From positions 9,854,999 to 9,918,998 of the forward strand of contig CM082581.2 of the NCBI GenBank assembly GCA_040954595.2: a stretch of 64,000 nt of DNA, read 5' to 3'. Within the stretch, counting starts at the first letter, position 1; every line of letters starts with the position of its first letter. Origin of the DNA: Balanoglossus misakiensis. Lineage: Eukaryota; Animalia; Hemichordata. A program made the translations under genes and the position numbers. The notes under the pieces are model-generated. The model was not told where the DNA came from. It saw only the letters and a program-made list of their open reading frames with translations, and searched no databases. Shown here in pieces: positions 39,270-53,400 of this stretch.

Positions 39270-41616
39270 TGACTGTGCAGTGATGAAGAGAACAGCATGA
39301 AAGACTATGCAACTGAAACCTGGCTGTTGTTGGGTTTGTTTCAAGTGGGTTTCGTCCGGAGACTTTTTGAGATGTCCCTCACCCACACACCTGCTGCTGG
39401 AGTCCTATCACAGTGGGTGGTCCCTTTGGGGGTGGGTGGCTGTGACCCCCAACTTCTGCCAACTTGGGTTTCCTCCTCCCAGTAAACACTGTGGTGTGAA
39501 GTTCATATATTATTTACAAGATAATGACTTTGTGTCTATAATAGTGGGGGTATAAAGTGGTCACTTCTGTGATGCAGATAGGCTGCATTTTATAGCATGT
39601 ATTCAGTCGAGTTTGTGTGAGGTGTAGGAACATGGTAGTTGCAATGTCAGTGCATTGTTAACACTTGCTGGTGATTTATGGCAAGGTGACTTTGTGATTC
39701 GTTCGCGCGGAGACACGGTCATTTACGGAGCTGTGTTCAATGTCATGTCATTGTTCTGTGGCTCAGAAGTGGTAACACAATCTTTTGGTCCTCTTTCATG
39801 ATGAATACAGTGCAGCAAACCAAATGAAGGGTAGTACGTTACTGTTAAGGGGGTTTATTTATTTCTCTTGGAACAGAAAGCTATGTTCCCTCCCGTGCCA
39901 AGTCACAACATTGGTTACAATACTTTTATGAACACCTGCAAACACCTCGAGTCTCTCTGTAAACTTCAAAGAGGAAACTGTGCCCCCCGAACACCGCAGG
40001 CTGAATAGCCGGTGCGACCTTGGATAGTGTCGGGTGAGAAAGTGCCATCAATAATAAAACAAAGTGGGCATTTCCAGTCAGTGACATGCGATCCATGCAC
40101 ACAGCAAATCACACCACAATGGGGTTACACACGTAATAATACTCAATCTTGCCAACATTACAGTAAACAGTTCTAGTATTTGCCCAGCTATTGAACCGCC
40201 CGACTTCCTGCAGTTACCTCATAACAGCGTTAAACACTGGGTTTCTGCTTTCACGGTTCTCTGATCTGTTCCAGGACGTTGGGCGCGTAAATTGCGCTGT
40301 GCATGACTGGCTGTTGCAGTGTCGGCCCTGTCCTCCGGTCATTTTCTGGTGAACGTAATTTCGTCAGGGCAAATTCTATAAAAAAAAATCTCTGTTGTTT
40401 TGCTGTCTTTCTGTTGACTTTGCTGGAATGTTTCTGTATACATCTGACTTTATATAGAAACCTGAAATAAAACCAGATCAGATGCTCGTTTTTGTCATAC
40501 TTTCAGTATTACTTTTTAAATCTTGTTTAAAGTTGACAAAACATTTTTGATTTTTGGTTGCCACATAGTCTCCACTTCTAAACATAAGATTTTATGATCT
40601 GAAGGACCCCACCCCAAAACGCCTTAAGTAAGGGAAATTCTTCGCTTTGGGGAACATATAAGTCATATATGCAACTTGTAAACAACATAGCCTGAGGGGA
40701 GGGGGGGGGGGACAACACACACCCTTGCTGTAATGTTTGGCTACATAAAAAAGAAACAGGCCCTCAGAATCAATCTCTGTCCAACTGACACGCCTTTGTC
40801 AACTATTTGTTAGCAGTAAACTGATAAATATCTATCAGGCCAGAGGGTGAGTCTAATATAGTCTGTCTGAAGGTTGAAAAACACGAGAAAGTGTATCCGT
40901 GTATGTTTTGTGTGAGTTTGCATGTGGATATGCACATGTTTGCATTTCTCAGACACATAGAAACAGCTGTCATGATTAAATTGGTGCAAATCTGAAACCC
41001 ATGATTATTTTTTTTCTCCGGCTACTTGTGTGGGTTTTTTTCACTTACCTACTTTAAGAGAGGTATATATATTTAAAGAGACTCAAATTACAAATAAGTT
41101 CAGAATTTATCTCGCGGGAGAGAATGTCAAATCCTGTGTTATACGTCTTGTAATTTTTTCAGAAAAATAAAGAAGGGTTTGATTGAGTGATGGAAAGTAT
41201 CTGTAAATAATTTTTCCGAGTGCCGATGTCACACAAAAAGACAGAAAATTGTTTTTTGTTTTTTTTATCTTGAATTTGGGAATCAGTTTTCTTATATGCA
41301 TTTCTGTTTCAGACCATCTTTGACGAAACGTTTCCCGTTGTATGTTCAGAGGTCATGAGAACGTTAAGAGCTGGCACTGCGTTTGAAGGTCAATGACCTC
41401 TGGACTTTTCGCGATGAGAGGAAATCTTCAAAAAATAGTACACGACCGCAATTCAAATAAACACTTTAAAGAGGAAAGGTAATACTTGACAAGGACAGGG
41501 GCTATCTACAAAGTTATACTCTGTGATGTTGAGACATTAATCATTCTGTTGATCTCATACGTGGGCTGACGGGAGGGCTTATACACAAGCAAAACGCACG
41601 TAGACCTACGTGCACA

Positions 41617-41663
41617 CATACATACATACATACATACATACATACATACATACATACATACAT

Positions 41664-41700
<37 letters not shown>

Positions 41701-41760
41701 TACATACATACATACATACATACATACATACATACATACATACATAGACAGACAGACATA
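41617..41760. repeat. (CATA)n-(CA)n-(CATA)n-(CAGA)n compound microsatellite
   Basis: Read directly from the sequence. Confidence 0.95.
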
Positions 41761-44700
41761 CAATATTACAAAATCTACCTTGTGATTGAACAGTGACAAA
41801 AAGCTTAACAGTTCAAATGACTTTGCATAGTGGTAAATTTCGTGTGAAGTTAAACGCTCCATTTAAGAAAGTTTAACTCAAACCGAATGACCTGATTATG
41901 ACACTGGAACCAGTCTGATGTAATAAATTCCTGGTGAATCTTACAAAACCAGTATTTTTGTTGGTCTTTGACCCTTGACGGACTACACACACTTTCATTT
42001 GATATTGCGGATTTTGTTTCTTGCAGAATTCCCACATCAGCGTTAAAATATATAGTTAATGGAATATTCTTGTTTGACCCCAAAGTGCTTTTGATGACCG
42101 AGTTGGAAACACATCTTTGACGTATCACAGTACACCATATTTTCTTCACAGAGGTGTTGACAGATTCTAATTCACCATGCAGTCAGAAAAAGAAAACATT
42201 TCCACATAAAGCAGAGTTTACATCAAATGATGGGCAGTAGCTTGAAAGGCTGTGTAAATATCGAAACGGGATATCAACACGTTTCTTTAACACCATTAAA
42301 AACATCGTTTGACATTGACCAGCCTGTGTAATGACATCTTAATAGGCGCGCCACGAGTGACGAGCAAACGCTAAACTTTTGTTTTTATTAGTCATTTTCA
42401 GACTCGGGTTCAGTTTGCACTAAGCTTTGTGAAATGCCAAATTTTAATTTTTCCCCGCTATCTTCTATCTGCGCCCCTCCCCTGACACATACGCCCCTAC
42501 CCCCACCCCATGGTCCCTCCTAAGCGCACATCCCATGTCTTCTACCAGTTGATCATGTGTGGCATTCAAAGCATACCGTCTCCACAGACTGCTCTCCTTG
42601 AGTGCAGTGCCAGTCTTTCTGTCCGCCATGAGTGGAGGTATTATGACTGTGAATAGGCGGACTTGAAGACGATTAAACCCAGGGCAGAAATCAGCCAATC
42701 GCCAATAGTCAATTGATGACTTTGCGGTAGCCAGCGGGCAGATCGTGACAATTCAAGCTGTCTGCAGCTAACGACGGCCACGGCAACTTTTGTATATCCA
42801 GATTGTGTGCACTGTGCGGCTAATTACCTTGTTGCCTTGTTTGTTGTTTTAATCACCGGTTCCGTCATCGGCTCCATTTGCTTTCTATTTCACCGCTTTA
42901 ATTAATTTACGATTGCGTCATTTACCACCGCCATTCATGGTGACGTGACCGGGGCTTGTGAGAAAACCGAGGACCGTCTCCTCGCCTGTGTGTGTATGTG
43001 CAAGCATCTACGTGCGTTCGTGGGCTCGGTTCGTGAGTGTCTATGACGCAAATATTCCCTCATCTCTACACACTTTGTACAGTCTCTCTCTATGCGATCA
43101 CGGACACTGTATCTGACAATAACTTGTGTTTTTTGAAAGGGGTCTATTGGTACACCCATCAATATTTCCATCCACCCATTCATTCATTCATCCATCCAGC
43201 GATCTATCCATCCAACCATCCATCCATATTTAAACCTACCTACCACGTCATCACGTAGTGTTAACCATTATGATCTGTATGATTTGTCCGAACGATTTTC
43301 AATCAAAGCGGAACAAAAAGTATAAAAAAATATGATAATAATAAGTGTAGAATGGACTTATCATAGTCCGTTCGTGCAGGTATTTTTTTTCCGGTTGTCA
43401 CCAGTGTTTGTCGGGTGTTTCCAGTGCGGAACAAGAGCGAAGTATTGTGATAGCCGCGTTCAAACTGTGGTATGTGTGTCTTTCATCGCTGTGGTGAATG
43501 CTGACTCCGGGATCAGCGACCCAAACAGACAGACAAAAATGATGAATCGTGCGTTGCTGCAGTGGCTTGAAAAATAAAACCTGCGTGTTGTTATTTGGCT
43601 TGTGGTTACATTTAGAGCCATATTTTCTGAGTGGTTTTAATACATTATCCGGGATCAAGTTGACAGAGCGGTATGCATGGCTTGAGTGCATGAGTATACA
43701 CGGGACGGTGGCATTGGGCATTGGGATACCAATTTGGAAAGGTGTAGTCTATACGCACAGGCGCTCGTGTGCTTTTCTATCCGCAGTAGCTCGTTTACTA
43801 CACTTTGCACTGTAACCACTCCCCAAAATTGCAGTGAGCGGGCGGGTGTGGGTATAGAGCGTCGTACGAGCGTCTGTGAGACCGCACCGTTCCCCGACGT
43901 GTAGTGTCTCGCGTGAGTGCGTTTCAAATATGTTCCCCATCGGACACTCTTAAAGTCATAGAAACTCGCCCCCGAAAGAGAATAAAACACGAGGAGACAT
44001 TGTAAGACATAAGAGATGGGCGAGAAGAAATGGCCCGATGCGTGCGTGTTTTTTGGAAAGTTAACGGTGATTTATGGAAGCTACTTGTTTTGCGGTGGCA
44101 AAGAATGCGCGTAGCAAGGTGGCGAAACTGTCAGTTTGCCTATCGCGATCTTTACCATACTTTGACCCGAGGTAATCGCCCAGCATGGCTGACTACATTA
44201 AAGACCGGGCATAATTCACGATTAAAAGGCGTTTTTTGCTTTATTTCGTGGCCACGGGCTATCTTTTATGTTGGATGTGTCTGAATCTTTTTTTTTCTTT
44301 CTCTGGCGAGGGTGGAGCGTTTGATCGGAAACTGAAGTGTCTTTCAATTGACTGGCCAAGAGGTCTTATCACCATAACTGACACAGTCGATTACTTTTTA
44401 AGGAGGCGTCGCAACTACTTTCCATCGCCCCCTTGATGTCACAAGTATGTATTCCTCATACGTTTTCACTGGCTATGCAATGATATGAAAGGCCTCCTTG
44501 AATTCCATCTCGACAAATAGTCGGTTCCATGCACCACCGTCGCCGTACAAATTCAACCGGACACAATAGATGTGCAACCACCCCAAGCCTGTACAAATAT
44601 TTCTAAAAGAAAAATTGAATAGAAAACGTTAACAGTGAAGTTATTTAAAGTGAAATAGTGTTACTTAGTACAACACAAATATGTATCTATGCCGCAAATT

Positions 44701-47700
44701 GATAGGCACAGACAGACTGACAGATAAGAAATCGGAAGAAACGATATGCTGTGTCGAGTTCGATGTGATATAGCATTGTAAAATTCAATGTCAAACGGTT
44801 CCTATCGCCGCTTTGCTCTGTCTGGACACGTATTGAGTATTAGGTGGTGCGCACTCAAGACACACTACACGGCCGACGCTGACGAGCGACAAGTGATGGA
44901 ATGGTTCCTCTACGCAAATGGTGCACGTGCTCACCGCCTCCAGTGTTATTCTATCAGTCTACGCATCTGTTGTGTGACATCATATCAGACCTTCAAATAA
45001 ATAACGCGTATTTGTTTACAATGTCCACGCCCTCTTTATTAAATTTTGTGTTGTTTTCGCTGAATGCCCCATCCCACCCCCAACACACTCCTCCACAAAA
45101 GCCTATTTACTTTCTACCTCTCTGGAATCCCATTCACCCTTGCTGCCATGGAAACCGTCCCGCACCGAAATCAGGTCAGCTGCGACACACAAGGTGTGAC
45201 GTATCCTTTAGGTGTCACTTGAGCTTGGGTGTCCACAATGACATGCATTTGCTGTCAGGCACATTCCATGCGCGGTCGAGTCAGTGTCCAGAATCTGCGG
45301 CCTTGCAGCAGTGCAGGGCGTACAGCCGAACCGCCGACCAGGCTAGAGTTAGTTAAACATAATATATGCAAGGGTGCCCTGCCTAGGAGCCACAGCACGT
45401 GGGCATCTTCAATAGAACGCGCTGAGTCACCGTCATTGTCATTCTCGTAGCTTAGCAAAGCACAAACAATCAGACGAATTCGATACAACATACTTCTGTC
45501 ATGAACGTTCTAGAAAACCAAATATTTCGATAGCAGTGACTCAAATCGTACATAAAACACACAAAAGCGTTGGCAATCCCGTACAGTACTTATTTGACAC
45601 ACCCCAAAATGATACCGCATCACAAAATGTCAAATACATGATAATCCACAAGATGCACGGAATAGCAAAGATGAAGATTACTCCTGATATTGGCCGCAAA
45701 TAAGTCCTTTTTGGTATAGCCCTACTTTCTTGGACAATTATTGTTTTCACGGCTGCAAGTCGCCTTACTACTGTTCTATCATATTGGATACGTACACACA
45801 ACTTTGGAAATGTTCAATAGATATGATGAGATGAGAAGCATCATATCAACAAATTAGATATTTGCGTCACGTATATAAGGCACGTACGTGCAAGTTTGGT
45901 TACTAAGGGATGGGATGACGTAATGCGATGAGATACATGCTCTTTTTTTCATTAAAGTGGCGTGGATGATCATGATATGGAAGACTCACACAAATGTCTT
46001 CTTATCACATTACACGAGATGAAACGATGCAAGACCCGGAGCAAATGTAAATGGACACAGTTGATAAACCCGCGTCTGGGTCATCGGGTATGTGGATCAG
46101 CGGAGGTTGTCGCTGAACGCCCCCGAACGTTGCATTCCGCGTGTAGGCCCGCATACTTTCAGGCCTATTTCACGGGTCGTTCCGGAGTTTTAAGCAAAAC
46201 AATTTATTTGTAATTACATATGATTCACGGCGTGTCTGGACGGTAGGGTGGAATTGAAGACGGCGATCGTCAGCCGTGCGGTGGCCATTTCTCCACGCAC
46301 CGATGCGACCGGACAATTTGAGGATCGAGTGTTTGGCATAGCATCGGTTAAAAAACTCGTCCCACACAATGAAAACGATGAAGTATTGAGCTTTCAAGGT
46401 ACATTACACATAGATTTTTTTCTCACCTGTAAATAGAGTGCTAATACTTGGATTGCAAGAGACATCCCTCAGGAATTCATCCAGCGGCTAATTCTGCTCA
46501 TGTGTGTGAAAACAAAATGCCAAACAAGTCAGCTGGTTGTGTTCCGCGTGGAAATAAATGTTTGAAATTCCCACATGAATTATCACCAGCTGATGGTAAA
46601 GACTTAAGAGAATATGCTAAGTCATCGGTATTGCCTTGCAGCTCTACCAGACAGACAACCCGTACATCTATTGCAATTGTTATGCATTCTTTTGGACAGG
46701 TGCAAATTTCATTTTTGCTTACAGTATTGAATACTAACGGCCGCTTATATTTTCCACCTCGCGACTTCGGTAAGGCAAGTTTTATTTGAAACATTAAAAA
46801 ATCCCAAAGTGACAAATCTTGTGAGTCTAGTTTATTTGGGATGTAATGGTCATGCTCGAGTTGACTTATGCGTTAAACAGGCAAGCTTGGTGAGGGATCC
46901 TATACCACACACGATACATAGATGAAAAATTGCACCACGTGCTTGAAATTGCCACCAGCTACTGGCGGCCTCAGCTAGAATGAATAACTACCTGTTGATC
47001 AAACCATGTATGAAGTGATATTTCTTGATTGCATGTTACCTGGTTGTTCAGAAGTGCCAACTAATGATGTGCACTAGCGATGGGGATTTTGTGGGCGTGT
47101 AGCAACGGGTGTTATGGCGCGTCCGGGGAACGGACAGGCGTGTGCTCTGCAGATAATTGTTGCGTCGGGGGAGGCAAGCACACTCATCAACAATGGCTAA
47201 AAAGCAAAGTGACGTTATAACTACTAACGACCATGGAGTGGTTGGGCATTGTGGACGCTTCATTGTCCCACCGGCCCTAAGAAAACACGGTACCCTACTG
47301 CTTTCTCGCCTCTCACCGCCAGCCCTGTTCCCGAATGTAGGACATGCTTGCCTTACAGAATAGACCGGCGGACGCACACTGTTCTGAGCAGCGATCTTTA
47401 AAAAAAACCCGGTGAATGCAGGGTTTTGACATTTGTACATTATTCATGAACTTGGCTCTTTCTTCTTTGAACGCCGTTAGCGACCTACATGTATTTCCTG
47501 CCGCGTCTGGTTCCAAAGCAAACGCCGTTTGTTGTGCTTTGTTTAGAAGGAGTGTGGTGTTAATGAAAAGATGGCCGACATGCGATCGATCGCACTTCAA
47601 CCACCTCCCACTGAGCATAGCGACACAGCTTGCGGGACAAGAGTGACTTCGTTTAATTTCAAACATTTTTGCGATGAATCAAGCCGGTTGCCGTGCGAAG

Positions 47701-50495
47701 AGACACGAAGTTGCCAACAGCGGGATGCGGAACTCACGCCAATGTCCACACTTAGTGGACAATACGTCACCATGACAACAAGTTAAGAGATGCCCGCTTT
47801 TACTACTGTCCAGGCACGTGATATGTCGCACTTGTGGTAGAAAGTAGACGTACACGTTAGAAACGCGACACATTGCAAGAAATAGCTGCGACATCCACAA
47901 ATATTAATCACAAATGTCGCAGTGTCTTAAAGCATACCATCTTCTAAGTGGACACTGTGCAAAGTATCAACCATTATGAATAATTAATTACTACTTTCTG
48001 TGCATGGGGACTACTCTCGAAAAATATCTTTGGGAGTGAAGAGCAAATAACGATGAGTAAAATATCAGTGTTTTTAATGAAATACCATCGCCTCCAAATT
48101 GGACTCTCCGACATAGAATGACCACTAAACGCTGGTATCAACCGTAAAAATAGGATTATTTTGACTTTTGATGTTCATCGCGTTGTTTGTTTTGTCGTTT
48201 GATCGATCGACGGATTGGCAAGCCTGCTAATACACAGCGGTGACTTTGGAGACATCACGATTACCAGCCTTGCAGGGGGTACAGCTGTAGGGTGGCGTTC
48301 TTGGGAAGCATACAGCCGCGGCGCATGGAGACTTTGCACGTCGCCTTGCGCATAGTTAGAGTGCGGACAGGAATTTCACAACAATGTAATACCGTTCTAA
48401 ATCGGTAAACACGACACAAACACACACAAAAAGAGAAATGTAAAGTCTGACCCGATCGACGTCAGTAAATCCGGCTAGGAATTCGCGGATCCAAATAGCT
48501 GAGATGCGAGCATGCAATCTGTTGCTGGCTTTGCCGGAATCTACCTCGATAATAACCGACAGGTGCTTTCTCATTTTGAGAACACACACTGTTGCGTTCA
48601 TTTTGATATAAAGTATGAGGAATGCATTTCCCATTAAGGAACTTTTAATAGAAACTGAGGCAGCATGTAAAATATTGGTCCCCGGTCCTCCCGCTATTTG
48701 TCAACGATTCAACCAGCGAGGTCTCTTGTTTGTGGGTCAAACATATACCCTCATAAGAAGAGACCTATCGGTAGCCGACCTGCAAGCTCTGAAAGAACAC
48801 CTTTAATGTCCTCCACAACGGCACTTGAAAAGTTAACCAGAAAAGCGATTGTTAGAAAAAGGGGGGCCACCATCTTTAGAAAGTGTTTCGAAGCCGCGGA
48901 ACAATCCTGCCGCATCTCGTGTGTATGGACGCCCTTTTTCGGCACAATGCTGAAATGCTCCGGTTCGTCTTTAAGCGGCCGCCAGTATGCGCCACTTTTG
49001 TGGGCACCTCTCTTCACTTTGTTTGGCCAGTGTATCTTCAAACACATACCAGGCATAGCTTCGAAGAAAAGAAAAGGAGGATGGTTGGGAATTGACTCAG
49101 TGGTCGCCCACTCGACAAAGGTAAACTGAATTGTAAACCGTGGGGCTTGGTACACTCCGTGAATGCTTAACTGGTCGCGCTGCAAATGTTTTACGGGTCT
49201 CTATCGTGGGAAGTGTGTCACAATTTCTACGCTTGTCTACATCGCCCTGTGGTGATTTTTATTTCATTGGAATTTCCAGAAGATACTGTCAGTGTTTTTT
49301 TCTCAATACGTTTTTTTCCTTCTCAAAATAATAAATAATACATTTTATAACGCTGTAATAAAATGGAGATTAATTTTCAGGCGATGCTATATCCACGAAG
49401 CCGGTTCCAACATAAACTAACTTACGAATACATAAATACTCTAGGGTGTGGCTAGAACTGAGTTGCTGCTAACAACGCCTTTTTCTTGTTGAAATAGCGA
49501 TAACAGTGCACCCACCCATCAAGCAGCAGCCTTTCAATGGCGACCTAGTAATTTCGATTGTCTACTACATCTGAAATAGGGCAGAGCTTTTTTTGTAAAA
49601 ATCAATACTGAAAATTGTGGTATCGATTAGTCACATCGTTACAAGTCATCGAGCATAAAGGCGTACACATTTTAAACAAAACAAGAGCGCCCAGTCCTAT
49701 ATTTTCGCTGTACTCAACGGCGTATAATACTGAGTGACGATTATCGATCTTGTTCGGACAGAGAAACCGAGTCGACGATAGGAAAGAGGTCAGAAACTAC
49801 ACCAGGAATCATTTTGCATGTTGGAAAGCGTTCTTTGCACAGGAGCAGTTGTCATGGAAACAATGAGGGTCGTCAGCACTTTCGTTCATAAAACAAATGG
49901 CACACGATATCAGATCAAACTCCTTCAAGTGTAGACATTGACAAATAATATCTAATACAATTTGAGAATTCCAATATTGTTAAAAGGCTAAGGGTTTCAT
50001 GAGTATACCAACAGTGAAGTTCAATATGACATAACATAACACCAAAGTCGATAAGGAGGGTTCAAACTTAGAGACCGTTCATCACTAAATAATTAAACAG
50101 AGAAATCGTTATTTCAATAAAGTATTTACAACAACTTCACGCATCTTGTTGTCTCTGTGAATGTAACGTGGTTAATTTTTCATACATTAATGTCCACACA
50201 TTACCCCCAGCTGTTGTTTATTATTAATATTTTGGAAAAAAAGTAAAACACGTTCACTTTATGTAATTCAACGTATTCAGATTTCTGTCTCCAATTTGGA
50301 GGAATAGATGGCCACCGCTGATTGCTTTTGAAATGTCAGTCGACGTCCACCGTTTTTCAGCGTGGTCGCGCAGTGTACCTGTCGTGACTTCGTGTTATTT
50401 CCGCTCAATTTCTCTCAGGGACCACACCCTTTCCCCCCGAATGAGAGAACAGTGCCCGCTCTAGCTTTATTGATCCATTGAAGTCACTCTGAGCT

Positions 50496-53400
50496 GAGAT
50501 ATCAAAATTTCTTCATTTTTTTGAAAAAACCATGGGTTATAGCTCATGAAAATCATCCCAGAATGACAATTTTTCGACTTTGCAAGATATCAAAATTTCT
50601 TCATTTTTTAAAAAAAACCATGGGTTATAGCTCATGAAAATCATCCCAGAATGACAATTTTTCGACTTTGCGAGATATCAAAATTTCTTCATTTTTTTGA
50701 AAAAACCATGGGTTATAGCTCATGAAAATCATCCCAGAATGACAATTTTTCGACTTTGCGAGTAGCAAAATTTCTTCATTTTTTTGAAAAAACCATGGGT
50801 TATAGCTCATGAAAATCATCCCAGAATGACAATTTTTCGACTTTGCGAGATATCAAAATTTCTTCATTTTTTTGAAAAAACCATGGGTTATAGCTCATGA
50901 AAATCATCCCAAAATGACAATTTTTCGACTTTGCGAGATATCAAAATTTCCTCATTTTTTTGAAAAAACCATGGGTTATAGCTCATGAAAATCATCCCAA
51001 AATGACAATTTTTCGACTTTGCGAGATATCAAAATTTCTTCATTTTTTTGAAAAAACCATGGGTTATAGCTCATGAAAATCATCCCAGAATGACAATTTT
51101 TCGACTTTGCGAGATATCAAAATTTCTTCATTTTTTTGAAAAAACCATGGGTTATAGCTCATGAAAATCATCCCAGAATGACAATTTTTCGACTTTGCGA
51201 GATATCAAAATTTCTTCATTTTTTTGAAAAAACCATGGGTTATAGCTCATGAAAATCATCCCAGAATGACAATTTTTCGACTTTGCGAGATATCAAAATT
51301 TCTTCATTTTTTTGAAAAAACCATGGGTTATAGCTCATGAAAATCATCCCAGAATGACAATTTTTCGACTTTGCGAGATATCAAAATTTCTTCATTTTTT
51401 TGAAAAAACCATGGGTTATAGCTCATGAAAATCATCCCAGAATGACAATTTTTCGACTTTGCGAGATATCAAAATTTCTTCATTTTTTTGAAAAAACCAT
51501 GGGTTATAGCTCATGAAAATCATCCCAAAATGACAATTTTTCGACTTTGCGAGATATCAAAATTTCTTCATTTTTTTGAAAAAACCATGGGTTATAGCTC
51601 ATGAAAATCATCCCAAAATGACAATTTTTCGACTTTGCGAGATATCAAAATTTCTTCAATTTTTTGAAAAAACCATGGGTTATAGCTCATGAAAATCATC
51701 CAGGAATGACAATTTTTCGACTTTCCGAAATATCAAAATTTCTTCATTTTTTTGAAAAAACCATGGGTTATAGCTCATGAAAATCATCCCAGAATGACAA
51801 TTTTTCGACTTTGCGAGATATCAAAATTTCTTCATTTTTTTGAAAAAAACATGGGTTATAGCTCATGAAAATCATCCCAGAATGACAATTTTTCGACTTT
51901 GCGAGATATCAAAATTTCTTCATTTTTTTGAAAAAACCATGGGTTATAGCTCATGAAAATCATCCCAGAATGACAATTTTTCGACTTTGCGAGTAGCAAA
52001 ATTTCTTCATTTTTTTGAAAAAACCATGGGTTATAGCTCATGAAAATCATCCCAGAATGACAATTTTTCGACTTTGCGAGATATCAAAATTTCTTCATTT
52101 TTTTGAAAAAACCATGGGTTATAGCTCATGAAAATCATCCCAAAATGACAATTTTTCGACTTTGCGAGATATCAAAATTTCTTCATTTTTTTGAAAAAAC
52201 CATGGGTTATAGCTCATGAAAATCATCCCAGAATGACAATTTTTCGACTTTGCGAGATATCAAAATTTCTTCATTTTTTTGAAAAAACCATGGGTTATAG
52301 CTCATGAAAATCATCCCAGAATGACAATTTTTCGACTTTGCGAGATATCAAAATTTCTTCATTTTTTTGAAAAAACCATGGGTTATAGCTCATGAAAATC
52401 ATCCCAGAATGACAATTTTTCGACTTTGCGAGATATCAAAATTTCTTCATTTTTTTGAAAAAACCATGGGTTATAGCTCATGAAAATCATCCCAGAATGA
52501 CAATTTTTCGACTTTGCGAGATATCAAAATTTCTTCATTTTTTTGAAAAAACCATGGGTTATAGCTCATGAAAATCATCCCAGAATGACAATTTTTCGAC
52601 TTTGCGAGATATCAAAATTTCTTCATTTTTTTGAAAAAACCATGGGTTATAGCTCATGAAAATCATCCCAGAATGACAATTTTTCGACTTTGCGAGATAT
52701 CAAAATTTCTTCATTTTTTTGAAAAAACCATGGGTTATAGCTCATGAAAATCATCCCAGAATGACAATTTTTCGACTTTGCGAGATATCAAAATTTCTTC
52801 ATTTTTTTGAAAAAACCATGGGTTATAGCTCATGAAAATCATCCCAGAATGACAATTTTTCGACTTTGCGAGATATCAAAATTTCTTCATTTTTTTGAAA
52901 AAACCATGGGTTATAGCTCATGAAAATCATCCCAGAATGACAATTTTTCGACTTTGCGAGATATCAAAATTTCTTCATTTTTTTGAAAAAACCATGGGTT
53001 ATAGCTCATGAAAATCATCCCAGAATGACAATTTTTCGACTTTGCGAGATATCAAAATTTCTTCATTTTTTTGAAAAAACCATGGGTTATAGCTCATGAA
53101 AATCATCCCAGAATGACAATTTTTCGACTTTGCGAGATATCAAAATTTCTTCATTTTTTTGAAAAAACCATGGGTTATAGCTCATGAAAATCATCCCAGA
53201 ATGACAATTTTTCGACTTTGCGAGATATCAAAATTTCTTCATTTTTTTGAAAAAACCATGGGTTATAGCTCATGAAAATCATCCCAGAATGACAATTTTT
53301 CGACTTTGCGAGATATCAAAATTTCTTCATTTTTTTGAAAAAACCATGGGTTATAGCTCATGAAAATCATCCCAGAATGACAATTTTTCGACTTTGCGAG

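Noticed and set aside
39266-39320. TGA-TGA stop with ATGATGA...CTGA motifs after EDRF1 (snoRNA, SECIS or readthrough)
   Set aside because: No convincing terminal stem or SECIS core; the protein length already fits the family, and tandem stops argue against readthrough.
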